From the NCBI GenBank assembly GCA_040901985.1, contig JBBDYC010000009.1, forward strand, positions 156,364 to 220,363: a DNA stretch of 64,000 bases, given 5' to 3'. The notes under the pieces were generated by a model. It was not told where the DNA came from. It did not search any database and worked only from the letters and a program-made list of their open reading frames with translations. The position numbers and the translations under genes are program-made. How positions within the stretch are numbered: the stretch's first letter is position 1; every line of letters begins with the position of its first letter. This document shows positions 24,128 through 37,286 of this stretch, piece after piece. Source of the DNA: Gemmatimonadaceae bacterium (GTDB lineage: Bacteria > Gemmatimonadota > Gemmatimonadetes > Gemmatimonadales > Gemmatimonadaceae).

Positions 24128-25482
24128 GCGTGGACCGCCGCCGGAGCGCCGCTGCCGAGAGCGGACGAGGTGAGATTGATGATCCGGGCGCGCGACGGGG
24201 TCGTCCGCGCCATCGCGTGCCGCGTGTCCACCACGAGATCGGCGTGGTCGGCGACGAACTGGTAGTCCACCGCGCCGTGCTCGGTCACGAGCACCACCGC
24301 GGCAGCGGCGGCGAGCGCCTGCGCGGTGAGTGCCACGCTCTGGTGCTCGCGGCCGTCCTCACGGAACGACGGCACGTGCGGATCGTGGTAGGACACGATC
24401 GCGCCGCGCTTCTCGAGCAGCCGCATCACGTCGAGCGCCGGGCTCTCGCGCATGTCGTCAATGTCGCGCTTGTAGGCGACGCCGAGGATCAGCACGCGGC
24501 TCCCCTTCACCGCCTTCTCCACCTCGTTCAGCCCCCAGACGACCTTCTCGACGACGTAGTCGGGCATTGCCGAGTTGACCTCGCTGGCGAGGTCAATGAA
24601 TCGCGTCTTGTAGTTGAGCGAGCGCATCTTCCAGGCCAGGTAGTGCGGGTCGAGGGGGATGCAGTGCCCTCCGATTCCCGGGCCGGGCGTGAACTTCATG
24701 AAGCCGAACGGCTTGGTGGCGGCCGCCTCGATCACTTCCCAGACGTCCACGCCCAGCCGGTCGCACACGATCGCCATCTCGTTGACCAGCCCGATGTTCA
24801 CCGACCGGAAGGTGTTCTCGAGGAGTTTCACCAGCTCCGCCGCCTCGGGCGACGAGACGGGGACCACGTGGTCAATCGTCGTCTCGTAGAACGCGATTGC
24901 CACCTCGTTGCAGGCCGGGGTGATCCCGCCGACGACCTTCGGCGTGTTCTTCGTGTGATAGACGGGGTTGCCCGGGTCCACCCGTTCGGGGCTGAAGGCG
25001 AGGAAGACGTCCTTGCCGACCGTGAGCCCGCGGTCCTCGAGCCGCGGTTGCAACACCTCGCGCGTCGTGCCCGGATACGTGGTGCTCTCCAGCACGATCA
25101 ACATCCCCGGGTGGGCGTGCGCGGCGACCGTCGCCGCCGCCGCCAGCACGTACGACATATCCGGGTCGCGCGTCTTGGCCAGCGGGGTCGGCACGGCAAT
25201 CGAGACCGTGTCGGCCGTGGCCAGGACACCCGGGTCAATGGTCGCCTTGAACGCGCCGGACGCCACGTGCCGCGCCACCGTGGCGGCCGGTACGTCCTGG
25301 ATGTGCGATTCGCCGCGCATCAGCAGCGCGACGACGCGCTCGCTCACGTCGTGGCCGACCACCGTGAACCCCGCCTCGCACAACTCCATCGCGAGGGGAA
25401 GTCCCACGTAGCCGAGGCCGACCACGGCGCTCGTCGCCGTGCGGGTCTCGATCTTCTTCAGCAGCTCGCGCTTCTTGCTCAT
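24124..25482 (-). CDS. wbpA: UDP-N-acetyl-D-glucosamine 6-dehydrogenase (WbpA-like)
   Basis: GLGYVGLP, ESTTYPGTT, FSPERVDPGN, KLLENTFR, GIGGHCIPLDP; wbpB/E/D context. Confidence 0.85.
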
Positions 25483-26591
25483 GTGCCGAAAAACCCTCGC
25501 ACGGCGGTGACCACCTCGTCCAGTTGGGCGCGGGTGAGCTCCGGATAGACCGGGAGCGACACGACCTCGTGCGACGCGCGCTCGGCCTCCGGACAACTCC
25601 CCGCCTTATACCCGAGGTGGGCAAAGCAGGGCTGGAGGTGGAGCGGCAGCGGATAGTAGACCGAGTGGCCGATCCCCTTCGCCTTGAGGTGGTCCTTCAG
25701 CGCATCGCGCCTCGCGACGCGGATGGTGTATTGGTTGAAGATTGACTCGTTGGCCGGGTCAATGTACGGCGTGGTGATCCCGTCCACGCCGGCGAAGGCC
25801 GCCGAGTAGTAGGCGGCGTTCTCGCGCCGCTTCGCGCTCCACGCGGCGAGGTGGGGGAGCTTGGCCGAGAGCACCACGGCCTGCAGCGCGTCGAGCCGCG
25901 AGTTGTACCCGACCTCCTCGTGCAGGTAGGTCTGCACCGACCCGTGCGTGCGCAGCCGCATCAGCCGCTTGAAGAGCGTCTCGTCCTGCGTGACGATCAT
26001 CCCGCCATCGCCGTAGCCGCCGAGGTTCTTGGATGGGAAGAACGAGAAGGTGCCGATTGTCGCGGCCTCGCCGGCCATCGTCCACCGGCCGCCGACCTTG
26101 CGGCGCGCGCCGATGCTCTGCGCGGCGTCCTCGATGATCGGCATCGCGGGGAGGAGGCGACGGATCTCCTCGAGCGGCGCGATCTGCCCGAAGAGGTCCA
26201 CCGGGATCACGGCCTTGGTCTTCGTGGTCACCGCCGCCGCCGCGAGGTCGGGGCGGATGTTGAAGGTCTTCGGGTCAATGTCCACGAAGACCGGCGTCGC
26301 GCCGACGTTGTGGATCGTGCCCGCGGTCGCGAAGAAGGTGAAGGGCGTGGTGACGACCTCGTCGCCGCGGCCGATGTCCAGGGCGCGCATCGCGATGAGG
26401 ATCGCGTCGGTGCCGTTGGCGCAGCCGACGGCGTACTTGGTGTGCGAAAGCTCGGCAACCGCACGCTCGAGCTCCACCACCGGCGCGCCGAGGATGAAGG
26501 CCTGGTCGTCAACGACCTGCAGCATTGACCGCACGACCGCGTCACGGATCGTGGAGTGCTGGGCCTTGAGATCGAGCAGCGGGACGGCCAT
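25479..26591 (-). CDS. wbpE: DegT/DnrJ/EryC1/StrS PLP aminotransferase (WbpE-like)
   Basis: NGTDA, EDAAQSIG, SFFPSKNLGGYGDGG, GYNSRLD. Confidence 0.85.
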   Translation of the reverse strand: MAVPLLDLKAQHSTIRDAVVRSMLQVVDDQAFILGAPVVELERAVAELSHTKYAVGCANGTDAILIAMRALDIGRGDEVVTTPFTFFATAGTIHNVGATPVFVDIDPKTFNIRPDLAAAAVTTKTKAVIPVDLFGQIAPLEEIRRLLPAMPIIEDAAQSIGARRKVGGRWTMAGEAATIGTFSFFPSKNLGGYGDGGMIVTQDETLFKRLMRLRTHGSVQTYLHEEVGYNSRLDALQAVVLSAKLPHLAAWSAKRRENAAYYSAAFAGVDGITTPYIDPANESIFNQYTIRVARRDALKDHLKAKGIGHSVYYPLPLHLQPCFAHLGYKAGSCPEAERASHEVVSLPVYPELTRAQLDEVVTAVRGFFGT

Positions 26592-26721
26592 CTGGGTCGG
26601 GGCGGGTCGAAAGAGGCCGGATGGCCGGAAAGGGTTCCTGTCGAGCTATGTAAGTTCGCCGGGGGCAGCGACATAGTCAACGAATGCACGTCGTTCCGCC
26701 CCCTTCGGGGCAGTGGCCGCC

Positions 26722-27768
26722 CTAGCGCCCGCTCGCCAGGGGGAGCGGGACTTCCCGCCCGGTCTTCGCCGACTCGTAGATGCCGAGGATCAGCTCGAGC
26801 GATTTCCGCCCGCCTCGCCCGTCGGTGTCGGGGCTGGCTTCGCCGCGAAGCACCTTCAGGACGTTCCGGTAGTAGGGCTCGTGGCCGAAGCCGTAGACGG
26901 AACCCGGGGTCGTGCTCGACGCCTCGATCAGCTTGTCGTCGTCATCGTAGTCGGCAAACTGCCAGTGCTCGATTCGGTTCACCGCCGTGCCGCCGAGGCG
27001 GGCGGTCCCACGCTCCCCGATGATCGTAATTGATCCTTCATAGTTCCTCGGATAGGTCAGCATCGTGACCTCCATCACCCCGATCGCCCCGTTCCGAAAT
27101 CGGAGGATCGCCGCGCCGCTATCCTCGGCCTCAATCCGTCGGGCCATCGTGGCGGTCTTCGCCATCACACTCTCGACGGGGCCGACGAGCCATTGCACGA
27201 GATCCACGTAGTGCGAGGCCTGATTCATGAACGCCCCGCCGTCGAACTCCCACGTCCCGCGCCAAGGCGCCTGGTCGTAATACTCCTGGGGACGCGCCCA
27301 TCGCACCGTCGCGTTCACCATGAAGATCCGGCCGAACCGCCCTTTCTCGATGGCGCGGCGCAGGAGCTGCACCGACGGGTTCAGTCGGTTCTGTTTGACG
27401 ACGAAGAGGTGCACTCCGGCCGCGTCGCACGCCGCCACCAGCGCATCGGCAGACGCCAGCGAGATTGCCATCGGCTTCTCGGACACCACGTGCTTCCCGG
27501 CCTTCGCGGCCAGCACGCCGTGCGCGGGGTGCAGGCCCGAGGGCGTGGCGATCGACACCACGTCGCAGGGGACGTCCGCGAGCATCTTCTCCTGGCTCTT
27601 GAACCACGGAACGCCCCACTTCTCGCCGGCCGCTTGCGCCCGCTCCTCGACGACGTCGCAGACGGCGACGAGGGAGAGACCCTCGATCCGCGACAGCGCC
27701 TCGAAGTGATTCCCGCTGATGCGGCCGCACCCGACGAATGCGACCCGAAAGTTCTGCTTCGCCGTCAC
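26722..27768 (-). CDS. wbpB: Gfo/Idh/MocA oxidoreductase (WbpB/WlbA-like UDP-GlcNAcA 3-dehydrogenase)
   Basis: [57 protein letters not shown]. Confidence 0.85.
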   Translation of the reverse strand: MTAKQNFRVAFVGCGRISGNHFEALSRIEGLSLVAVCDVVEERAQAAGEKWGVPWFKSQEKMLADVPCDVVSIATPSGLHPAHGVLAAKAGKHVVSEKPMAISLASADALVAACDAAGVHLFVVKQNRLNPSVQLLRRAIEKGRFGRIFMVNATVRWARPQEYYDQAPWRGTWEFDGGAFMNQASHYVDLVQWLVGPVESVMAKTATMARRIEAEDSGAAILRFRNGAIGVMEVTMLTYPRNYEGSITIIGERGTARLGGTAVNRIEHWQFADYDDDDKLIEASSTTPGSVYGFGHEPYYRNVLKVLRGEASPDTDGRGGRKSLELILGIYESAKTGREVPLPLASGR

Positions 27769-28352
27769 GGCCTGGCTCCCGCAAGAGGTTCGATTCCCCA
27801 CTTCGTCTCCGCATACGTCGCGCCGCACGAGCCACAGGTGTAGCGTCCGGCCGCGGGCGCCGGAAGTTTCTCGCCACACCTGCACATCCATCCAATCCGC
27901 CGCGCCGGCACCCCAGCCATCATCGCATACGGGACCACGTCCCGCGTGATGACCGCCCCCGCCCCCACGAACGCATACTCCCCGAGGGTCACGCCGCAGA
28001 CGATTGTCGCATTCGCGCCGATGCTGGCCCCGCGCCGGACGAGCGTGCGCTGGTACTCGTGCTTCCGGACGACGTGACTTCGCGGATTCATCACGTTCGT
28101 GAACACCATCGAGGGCCCGCAGAATACATCGTCCTCGAGCTCGACGCCCTCGTAGATGGACACGTTGTTCTGCACCTTGACGTTCCGTCCGAGCTTGACG
28201 CCGTTCATCACCACGACGTTCTGCCCGAGTGAGCAGGCCTCGCCGATCACGGCCCCCGGCATCACGTGGCAAAAGTGCCAAATCTTCGTGCCCTTGCCGA
28301 CCTGCGCGCCGGCATCGACGAAACTGGATTCGTGCACGAAGTAGTCGGTCAT
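27765..28352 (-). CDS. wbpD: Hexapeptide N-acetyltransferase (WbpD/WlbB-like)
   Basis: [38 protein letters not shown]-terminal CxCG..CxxC. Confidence 0.9.
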   Translation of the reverse strand: MTDYFVHESSFVDAGAQVGKGTKIWHFCHVMPGAVIGEACSLGQNVVVMNGVKLGRNVKVQNNVSIYEGVELEDDVFCGPSMVFTNVMNPRSHVVRKHEYQRTLVRRGASIGANATIVCGVTLGEYAFVGAGAVITRDVVPYAMMAGVPARRIGWMCRCGEKLPAPAAGRYTCGSCGATYAETKWGIEPLAGARP

Positions 28353-31300
28353 CCAATCGTCTCCTGCCACTCCTGCAGCGACCGCACCGTCGCCGGCCGG
28401 GTCCGCATGGACTCGATCGCGTCGCAGGCCGCACTCGCCGCGGAGAGCGTGGTGGTGTACGGCACGCGGTGCGCAATCGCCGCCTGCCGGAGCGAATAAT
28501 CGTCCTTCTGCGCCCGCTTGCCCAGCGGCGTGTTGATCAGCAGCTGCAGGCTCCCGTTCACCATCAGGTCAATGCCGTTGGGCCGCCCCGCGCTCACCTT
28601 GAAGACCCGCTCGGCCGCCACCCCCTGCCCCTCGAGATAGCGCGCCGTGCCCTCGGTGGCCACCAGCCCGAATCCCATCGCCGCGAACCGCGTCGCGATC
28701 CCCGCCGCCTCGGCCTTGTCGTGGTCGTTCACCGTCAGCATCAGACGCCCCTCCCGCGGCAGTCCGTTCCCCGCCGCCAGTTGCGCCTTGGCGAACGCCG
28801 TGCCGAAGGTGTCGCTGATCCCCATCACCTCGCCGGTCGAGCGCATCTCCGGCCCGAGGATCGGGTCGAACTCGCGGAACTTCGCGAACGGGAACACCGC
28901 CTCCTTGACGCTCACGTACGGCGCCACGATCTCCTCGGTGAAGCCGAGGGCGCCGAGCGACTCGCCGAGCATCACGCGCGCCGCCAGCGAGGCGAGGGGC
29001 CGGCCGATGGCCTTTGACACGAACGGGATCGTCCGCGACGCGCGCGGATTCACCTCGAGCACGTAGACCACGCCATCCTTCAGCGCGTATTGCACGTTGA
29101 TCAACCCGACGACGCCGAGCGCCTTGGCGAACGCCACCGTGTGCCGGCGCATCTCGTCCTGATGCTCCATCGAGATCAGGTAGGGCGGCAGCACGCAGGC
29201 CGAGTCCCCGGAGTGGATTCCCGCGTCCTCGATGTGCTCCATCACCCCGCCGATCACGGTCATCGTGCCATCCGAGATCGCGTCCACGTCGGCCTCGAAG
29301 GCATCCTCCAGGAAGGCGTCCACCAGCACCGGCCGGTCCTCGGAGACGCGGACGGCGCGCCCAAAGTAGTCGCGGAGCGACGGCTCGTCATAGACGATCT
29401 CCATCGCCCGGCCACCGAGCACGTAGCTCGGCCGCAGGAGCACCGGGTAGCCAATCCGGTCGGCGATCACGACGGCCTGCTCGACGCTCGTCGCCGTCCC
29501 GTTGGGCGGCTGCTGCACGCCGAGCCCGCGCGCCAGCTCCTCGAACCGCCGACGGTCCTCGGCGATGTCAATCGCCTCCGGCGACGTCCCAAGGATGCGC
29601 ACCCCCGCGGCCTCGAGCGGCTTCACCAGCTTGAGCGGCGTCTGGCCCCCGAGCTGGACGATCACCCCCACCGGCTGCTCGCGCTCGACGATCTCGAGGA
29701 CGTCCTCGAAGGTCAGCGGCTCGAAGTAGAGCTTGTCCGAGGTGTCGTAGTCGGTCGAGACGGTCTCCGGATTCGAGTTGACCATGATGGTCTCGTAGCC
29801 GGCCTCGCGGAGCGCCATCGCCGCGCGCACGCAGCAGTAGTCGAACTCGACCCCCTGCCCGATCCGGTTCGGCCCGCTGCCGAGGATCACCACCGACTTG
29901 CGGCCCGAACGCGGCGACTCCGATTCCTCGTCGTACGACGAGTAGAGGTACGGCGTATTCGACGGGAACTCGCCGGCACAGGTATCCACCATCTTGTACG
30001 CGGGGCGGATGTCGAACCCCCAGCGCCGCTCGCGTGCGGCCTGCTCGCTCTCGCCGCGGAGCGCGCCGAGTTGCCGGTCGGAGAAGCCCATCCGCTTCAT
30101 CCGGCGCACGGCGCGCGCGTCGGGCGTCGTGAGCGAGGCAAACGCGCGCTCGGCGTCCAGCAGCTCGGCGAACTGGTGGAGGAACCAGGGGTCCACGCCG
30201 GTCCGCCGGTGGATCTCCTCGACCGTCATCCCGAGGACCAGCGCGCGCTTGATCTGGAAGACGCGCTCCGGCACCGGCACGGCGAGCGCGGTGCGGACGG
30301 CATCGAGGGAGTCGTCGGCGACTCGGTCGTCCGCCGGACGCGCGCCGACGCTCCATCCCGGCCGCCCCGTCTCGAGCGCCCGCAGCCCCTTCTGGAACGC
30401 CTCCTTGAACGTGCGCCCGATCGCCATGGACTCGCCGACCGACTTCATCTGCGTCGTCAGGTTCGGGTTGGCCCCGGGGAACTTCTCGAACGCGAAGCGC
30501 GGCACCTTCACCACGACGTAGTCGAGCACCGGCTCGAAGCTCGCCGGCGTCGTCTTGGTGATGTCGTTGGGGATCTCGTCGAGGTGATACCCGACGGCGA
30601 GCTTGGTCCCGATGCGCGCAATCGCGAAGCCGGTGGCCTTGGACGCCAGCGCCGACGAGCGCGAGACGCGGGGGTTCATCTCGATGACGACCATCTCGCC
30701 ATCCGCGGGATTTACGGCGAACTGGATGTTGCACCCGCCCGCCGCCACGCCGATCTCGCGGATCACCTGGATGGCCGCGTCGCGCATGGTCTGGTATTCG
30801 CGGTCCGACAACGTCATCGCCGGCGCGACGGTGACGGAATCGCCGGTATGCACGCCCATCGGATCAATGTTCTCGATCGAGCAGATGATGACGACGTTGT
30901 CGGCCGAGTCGCGCATCACCTCGAGCTCGTACTCCTTCCACCCGATCAGCGAGCGCTCGATCAGCACCTGCGAGATCGGCGACTCGTCGAGGCCGCGGCG
31001 GACGATTTGCTCGTACTCCTCCCGGTTATAGGCGATGCCGCCGCCGGAGCCGCCGAGCGTGAAGGCCGGACGGATGATCGCCGGGAACCCCGTCCACTCG
31101 GCGACGTCGAGCGCCTCCGGCCAGGTCGTCGCGATCCGCCCCTCGGGGCACTTGAGCCCGATCCGCGCCATCGCCTCGCCAAAGAGCTTGCGGTCCTCGG
31201 CGACGGCGATTGCCCGCGCGTTGGCGCCGATCAGCTCGACGCCGTGCTTGGCGAGGACGCCGCGCTCGTGCAGCGTCATCGCGACGTTGAGGGCGGTCTG

Positions 31301-31576
31301 GCCGCCCATCGTCGGGAGGAGGGCGTCGGGCCGCTCGCGCTCGATGATCAGCTCGACGAACTCGGGCGTCACCGGCTCGATGTAGGTGCGGTCGGCGATC
31401 TCGGGGTCCGTCATGATCGTCGCCGGATTCGAGTTGACGAGGATTACCTCGTACCCGTCGTCGCGGAGGGCCTTGGCGGCCTGGGTGCCGGAGTAATCGA
31501 ACTCGGCACCCTGCCCGATGACGATCGGGCCGGAACCGATGAGCAGGATGCGATGGATGTCGTTACGACGCGGCAT
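28349..31576 (-). CDS. carB: Carbamoyl-phosphate synthase large subunit
   Basis: [62 protein letters not shown] domain. Confidence 0.98.
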   Translation of the reverse strand: MPRRNDIHRILLIGSGPIVIGQGAEFDYSGTQAAKALRDDGYEVILVNSNPATIMTDPEIADRTYIEPVTPEFVELIIERERPDALLPTMGGQTALNVAMTLHERGVLAKHGVELIGANARAIAVAEDRKLFGEAMARIGLKCPEGRIATTWPEALDVAEWTGFPAIIRPAFTLGGSGGGIAYNREEYEQIVRRGLDESPISQVLIERSLIGWKEYELEVMRDSADNVVIICSIENIDPMGVHTGDSVTVAPAMTLSDREYQTMRDAAIQVIREIGVAAGGCNIQFAVNPADGEMVVIEMNPRVSRSSALASKATGFAIARIGTKLAVGYHLDEIPNDITKTTPASFEPVLDYVVVKVPRFAFEKFPGANPNLTTQMKSVGESMAIGRTFKEAFQKGLRALETGRPGWSVGARPADDRVADDSLDAVRTALAVPVPERVFQIKRALVLGMTVEEIHRRTGVDPWFLHQFAELLDAERAFASLTTPDARAVRRMKRMGFSDRQLGALRGESEQAARERRWGFDIRPAYKMVDTCAGEFPSNTPYLYSSYDEESESPRSGRKSVVILGSGPNRIGQGVEFDYCCVRAAMALREAGYETIMVNSNPETVSTDYDTSDKLYFEPLTFEDVLEIVEREQPVGVIVQLGGQTPLKLVKPLEAAGVRILGTSPEAIDIAEDRRRFEELARGLGVQQPPNGTATSVEQAVVIADRIGYPVLLRPSYVLGGRAMEIVYDEPSLRDYFGRAVRVSEDRPVLVDAFLEDAFEADVDAISDGTMTVIGGVMEHIEDAGIHSGDSACVLPPYLISMEHQDEMRRHTVAFAKALGVVGLINVQYALKDGVVYVLEVNPRASRTIPFVSKAIGRPLASLAARVMLGESLGALGFTEEIVAPYVSVKEAVFPFAKFREFDPILGPEMRSTGEVMGISDTFGTAFAKAQLAAGNGLPREGRLMLTVNDHDKAEAAGIATRFAAMGFGLVATEGTARYLEGQGVAAERVFKVSAGRPNGIDLMVNGSLQLLINTPLGKRAQKDDYSLRQAAIAHRVPYTTTLSAASAACDAIESMRTRPATVRSLQEWQETIG

Positions 31577-32528
31577 CGAGGAGGTCGTCAATGATGTCGG
31601 CGCGCGTGCGGCGGGGAGTCCACCCCGTCGCCGCGCGGAGCTTGGCGGCGTCGCCCACGAGCGCCGGGACATCCACCGCGCGCTGCAGCGCCGGGTCGGG
31701 CGCAAGGGACGCCGTGACGCCGGCGCGCGCGAGCACCTCGGCGGCCAGTTCCCCGACCGTCACCCCACTCCCGCTGCAGACGTTGTAGACCTCGCCCGGC
31801 GTGCCGTGCGCGACCAGCTGAATATACGCGGCGGTCACGTCCTCCACGTGGAGGAAATCGCGGACGACCTCGGTGTTGCCGATCGCCACGGACCGCCCGG
31901 GCGCCTGGCGCGCGGCGACCGCGCGCGCGACGAGCGCCGGCAGGAGGAACTGCGGCGCCTGCCCTCGGCCCGAGTGATTGAACGACCGCGTGGCGACGAC
32001 GCGCAGCCCGTCGGCGCGGTGTGCGGCGAGGGCGAACGCCTCCTGGGCGACCTTGGTGGCGGCGTAGAACGTTCGCGGCCGACACGCGTGCCGTTCGGTC
32101 AGCGGAAGCTCGGCCGCCTCGTGACGCCCATACTGCTCGGCGCTCCCGACCACCAGCACCACCGGGTCGAGCGTGCCGGCGGCACGGGCGGCGGCGAGCG
32201 GCGTGAGGAGACTGACCATCGCGCCGACATTCGTCTCGAACGCCGCGTCGGGGTCGTGCCCCGCCTCCGGCACGAACGACACCCCGGCGAGGTGGAAGAT
32301 GGCGTCCGGACGCTGCCGCTCGACGAAGGCGGCGTGCGTCCGGCGCTCGGCGTCGGCGCGGAGGTCGAAGGCGCGCCAGCTGACGGCGCGCAGCTGCTCC
32401 GCGGTGAGCGTCCCCGGCTCGGGCGGTGGCCCCAAGGTGGTCCCGCTGACCTCCCACCCCTCGGCGAGGAGTGCGCGGCAGAGCCACTGCCCGACGAACC
32501 CGCCGGCACCGGTGACGAGGGCGCGCAC
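31563..32528 (-). CDS. rmd: GDP-4-keto-6-deoxy-D-mannose reductase-like (Rmd) extended SDR
   Basis: [41 protein letters not shown]; immediately downstream of gmd. Confidence 0.75.
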   Translation of the reverse strand: MRALVTGAGGFVGQWLCRALLAEGWEVSGTTLGPPPEPGTLTAEQLRAVSWRAFDLRADAERRTHAAFVERQRPDAIFHLAGVSFVPEAGHDPDAAFETNVGAMVSLLTPLAAARAAGTLDPVVLVVGSAEQYGRHEAAELPLTERHACRPRTFYAATKVAQEAFALAAHRADGLRVVATRSFNHSGRGQAPQFLLPALVARAVAARQAPGRSVAIGNTEVVRDFLHVEDVTAAYIQLVAHGTPGEVYNVCSGSGVTVGELAAEVLARAGVTASLAPDPALQRAVDVPALVGDAAKLRAATGWTPRRTRADIIDDLLDAAS

Positions 32529-32529
32529 G

Positions 32530-33695
<1,166 letters not shown>

Positions 33696-33696
<1 letters not shown>

Positions 33697-33734
33697 AGTT
33701 AGAACGGGGAGAGCGTTGGCACGCTCCCCCCGTC
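33696..33734 (-). terminator. Probable intrinsic terminator after rpmB
   Basis: Minus strand GACGGGGGGAGCGT-GCCA-ACGCTCTCCCCGTT followed by a weak U-rich tail. Confidence 0.5.
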
Positions 33735-33759
33735 AGGACCGATCAGACCGCCACGATCG

Positions 33760-33981
33760 TCAGATCGCAGCGACAGCCCCGCGCGGCGCGCGCTTGATCT
33801 TGCCCGCGTTGAGGCAGCGCGTGCAGACCTTGATCTTCACGATCTTGTCGCCTTCGACGACGCGGGCCACCTGGAGGTTGGGCTTCCAGGTGCGGCGCGT
33901 GGCGTTGTTGGCGTGCGAGCGGTTGTTCCCAAAGGCGACGCCCTTCTCGCAGACGTAGCAGCGATTGCGCTGGATGGCCAT
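33760..33981 (-). CDS. rpmB: 50S ribosomal protein L28 (Zn-ribbon form)
   Basis: [29 protein letters not shown]. Confidence 0.95.
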   Translation of the reverse strand: MAIQRNRCYVCEKGVAFGNNRSHANNATRRTWKPNLQVARVVEGDKIVKIKVCTRCLNAGKIKRAPRGAVAAI

Positions 33982-33984
33982 CGG

Positions 33985-34341
33985 TCAGCCCTCCAGGAGT
34001 TCGATGCGCGCCATGTCGGCGCCGTCACCCTTGCGGTGACCGGTCTTGAGGATCCGGGTGTACCCGCCCTGGCGCTTGGCGAACTTCGGGCCGAGTTCCT
34101 GGAAGAGCTTGTCGGCGGCATCGCGCTTCTGCACGTGCCGGCCGGCGAGGCGGCGGGAATGCAGGGTCCCCGTGCGCGCCTTGGTGATCAGGCGCTCGAC
34201 GAAGGGCCGCAGCTCCTTGGCCTTGGCTTCGGTGGTCTCGATTGCCCCCTGCTCGATGAGCGAGGTGGCGAGATTCCGCAGCAGCGCGAGCCGCTGTTCT
34301 GAGGTGCGGCGGAGACTCCGCCCAGCCTTGCGATGACGCAT
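33985..34341 (-). CDS. rplQ: 50S ribosomal protein L17
   Basis: MRHRKAGRSL, IETTEAKAKELR, GGYTRILK...RKGDGA. Confidence 0.97.
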   Translation of the reverse strand: MRHRKAGRSLRRTSEQRLALLRNLATSLIEQGAIETTEAKAKELRPFVERLITKARTGTLHSRRLAGRHVQKRDAADKLFQELGPKFAKRQGGYTRILKTGHRKGDGADMARIELLEG

Positions 34342-34346
34342 CGGTC

Positions 34347-35420
34347 CTACTCCTCTTCTTCGTCGTCGGGCGCGTTCGCGGCGGCGCGGCTCGGCGGCGT
34401 GCCCCAATCGGCCACGCGCACGCCATCCGGCGACTCCTCGAACCGCATCCCGAAATTGAGTCCTTCCTTCTCGAGGAGGTCGGCGATCTCCTGGAGGGAC
34501 TTCTTGCCGAAATTCTTGACCTGCAGGATCTGCGTCTCGGTCTGCCGGACGAGGTCGCCGAGCGAGCGGATGCTCGAGTTCTTGAGCGAGTTGACCGAGC
34601 GGACGGACAGGTGGAGATCGTCAATCGGCGTGCGGAGCAGCTCGGCGAGGCGGGCCGCATCCGAGCTCCCCTCGGCGCCGGGCACCGCGACCGCCGCGGC
34701 GGTGTGCGACCCGAAGCCGGCGAAGTACTGGAAGTGCGTCTGCGCGAGCGCCGCCGCGTAGCTGACCGCCTGCTCGGGCGAGATGGTGCCGTTGGTCTCG
34801 ACCGTCAGCGTGAGGCGGTCGTAGTCGGTGCGCTGGCCGACGCGCGTCTCGGCGACCGCGAAGTTGGCGCGCTTGACCGGCGAGTAGATCGCGTCAATGC
34901 GGACGAGGTCCACCGGGAGCGAGCGGTCGAATGGATGCTGGTCCGCCTCGACGTAGCCGCGCCCCTTGTTGACGTAGAGCTCGACCGAGAGGTCGCGCTC
35001 GTCCTGGAGCGTGAAGAGGTGGTGCGCCGGATTGACGACGGTCACGCCGCCGGCGCCTTCCAGCTGGCCGGCCGTGACGGCGCCCGCCTTGGTGACCTTC
35101 AGCCGGAGGATCGCATCCTCGACATCCTCGTCGAGCGCCAGCGTCAGCGTCTTCAGGTTGGCGATGATCTGGTGGACGTCCTCGACGACGCCCTGGATGG
35201 TCTGGTGTTCGTGCAGCACGCCGTCAATGCGGAAGCCCCACACCGCCGCGCCGCGGAGCGACGAGAGCAGCATGCGGCGCATCGAGTTGCCGAGCGTGTG
35301 GCCGTAGCCCCGCTCGAGCGGCTGGAGGCGGAATTCCGCGAGGTTGGTGAGGTCCTCGCGCTTCGTCATCTCGACAAGCTGCGGGCGGACCAGGCCGCGG
35401 AGATCAATCGTGTGCGACAT
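34347..35420 (-). CDS. rpoA: RNA polymerase alpha subunit
   Basis: PLERGYGHTLGNSMRR, GRGY, IDAIYSPV, TDYDRL, LSVRSVNSL, NFGKKSL.EI. Confidence 0.98.
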   Translation of the reverse strand: MSHTIDLRGLVRPQLVEMTKREDLTNLAEFRLQPLERGYGHTLGNSMRRMLLSSLRGAAVWGFRIDGVLHEHQTIQGVVEDVHQIIANLKTLTLALDEDVEDAILRLKVTKAGAVTAGQLEGAGGVTVVNPAHHLFTLQDERDLSVELYVNKGRGYVEADQHPFDRSLPVDLVRIDAIYSPVKRANFAVAETRVGQRTDYDRLTLTVETNGTISPEQAVSYAAALAQTHFQYFAGFGSHTAAAVAVPGAEGSSDAARLAELLRTPIDDLHLSVRSVNSLKNSSIRSLGDLVRQTETQILQVKNFGKKSLQEIADLLEKEGLNFGMRFEESPDGVRVADWGTPPSRAAANAPDDEEEE

Positions 35421-35533
35421 CGGATGGGATCCTTGGAAAGTGAAAGTCACGATGGCGAAACGCGCCACCGACGCCGTGCCCCGCCCCTGACGCGCGGCAC
35501 GTTCGTTCGGTTGTCAGGGAACCGGGTCAACTG

Positions 35534-35612
35534 CAGGATTCAGGATTCAGGTTTCAGGGCCGCGCCCGTTCAGGCGCGGCCCTGATCCCTGACACCTGAC
35601 ACCTGATACCTG
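35534..35612. repeat. Inverted heptamer hairpin between rpsD and rpoA
   Basis: CAGGATT CAGGATT CAGGTTT CAGGGCCGCGCC-cgttca-GGCGCGGCCCTG ATCCCTG ACACCTG ACACCTG ATACCTG. Confidence 0.9.
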
Positions 35613-35614
35613 CC

Positions 35615-36250
35615 TTACTTGCTGTACAACTCCACGACCAACTGTTCCTGCGCCGCGATCGGGATCATCGCCCGCTGCGGCTTCTCGAGCATCCGGCCGG
35701 AGAACGTGTCCTTGTCCACCGCGAGCCAGGTCGGCGTCGCGCCGCGGGCGGCGATCTCCAGCGCGTCCTTCACGATCACCAGCTCGCGCGACTGCTGCCG
35801 CATCCGGATCTCCTGCCCCGGCTGCACCAGGTAGCTCGGGATGTCCACCGACTTCCCGTTCACCTCGACGTGCCGGTGGCGGATCAGCTGGCGCGCCGCC
35901 TTGCGGCTGGCGGCGAAGCCCATCCGGTAGACCATGTTGTCCAGCCGGCTCTCGAGCGCGGCGAGGAGGTTGTGGCCGGTGATGCCCGGGAGCGTGGACA
36001 CCTTCTCGAACGTGTTGCGAAACTGCCGCTCGGTCACGCCGTAGATGCGCTTGATCTTCTGCTTCTCGCGGAGCTGCTTGGCGTACTCGCTCACCTTGCG
36101 GCGGCGGGTCGTGCCCTGCGGGCCGTGTGCGCCAGGCGCGTAGGGGCGTCGCTCCACCGGGCACTTCTCGGTGAAACACTTGGTGCCCTTGAGGAAAAGC
36201 TTGGTGCCTTCACGCCGGCATTGCCGGCAGCTGGGACCGGTGTATCGCAT
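35615..36250 (-). CDS. rpsD: 30S ribosomal protein S4 (Zn-binding form)
   Basis: RYTGPSCRQCRREG..LFLKG..C....C, QLREKQK, LESRLDN, ARQLIRH, LVVELYSK. Confidence 0.98.
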   Translation of the reverse strand: MRYTGPSCRQCRREGTKLFLKGTKCFTEKCPVERRPYAPGAHGPQGTTRRRKVSEYAKQLREKQKIKRIYGVTERQFRNTFEKVSTLPGITGHNLLAALESRLDNMVYRMGFAASRKAARQLIRHRHVEVNGKSVDIPSYLVQPGQEIRMRQQSRELVIVKDALEIAARGATPTWLAVDKDTFSGRMLEKPQRAMIPIAAQEQLVVELYSK

Positions 36251-36253
36251 GGC

Positions 36254-36630
<377 letters not shown>

Positions 36631-36631
<1 letters not shown>

Positions 36632-37008
36632 TACTTGGTGACCTTCTTCTTGCCCGCGATCGCGCGGCGCGGCCCCTTCTTCGTGCGGGCGTTGGTGTGG
36701 GTACGCTGCCCGCGGACCGGCAACCCGCGCCGGTGACGAACGCCCCGGTACGAGCCGATGTCCATCAAGCGCTTGATGTTCATCGCGATCTCGGTGCGCA
36801 GCGCGCCCTCGACCCGGTAGAGCTTCTCGATCTCCTGCCGCAGCTTGTTGACGTCGGCGTCGGAGAGGTCACGGATGCGGAGGTCGGCGGAGACGCCGGT
36901 CGCCGCGAGGATGCGGCGCGCGAGCACGCGGCCAATCCCATAGATGTACGTCAGGCCGATCTCGACCTTCTTGTCGCGCGGCAGGTCCACGCCGGAAATA
37001 CGGGCCAT
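36631..37008 (-). CDS. rpsM: 30S ribosomal protein S13
   Basis: [34 protein letters not shown]. Confidence 0.98.
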
Positions 37009-37014
37009 GGTCGA

Positions 37015-37131
37015 TTACCCCTGACGCTGCTTGTGCTTGGGATTGCGCTTGCAGATGACGCGCGTGACGCCGGCGCGCTTCACCACCTTGCAATGCTCGC
37101 AGATCGGCTTGACACTGCTACGGACTTTCAC
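37015..37131 (-). CDS. rpmJ: 50S ribosomal protein L36
   Basis: [38 protein letters not shown]. Confidence 0.97.
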   Translation of the reverse strand: MKVRSSVKPICEHCKVVKRAGVTRVICKRNPKHKQRQG

Positions 37132-37207
37132 GGGGACTCCACAGGGGGTTCTTGGCCGGGCGCGGGAACGGAACTGCTGAACTGACGCCAGTTTAGGGCA
37201 GACCCGC

Positions 37208-37236
37208 AGGATAGTCGGACGAAGCCCTTGACACAA
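37208..37236 (-). promoter_or_regulatory. sigma70-like promoter of the rpmJ-alpha operon
   Basis: Minus strand TTGTGT-17 nt-TATCCT, about 75 nt upstream of rpmJ. Confidence 0.55.
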
Positions 37237-37286
37237 GGGGCGTGACTGACGTGTACCGAGGGGCGCCCGGCGCCCCGCGACTCCTG

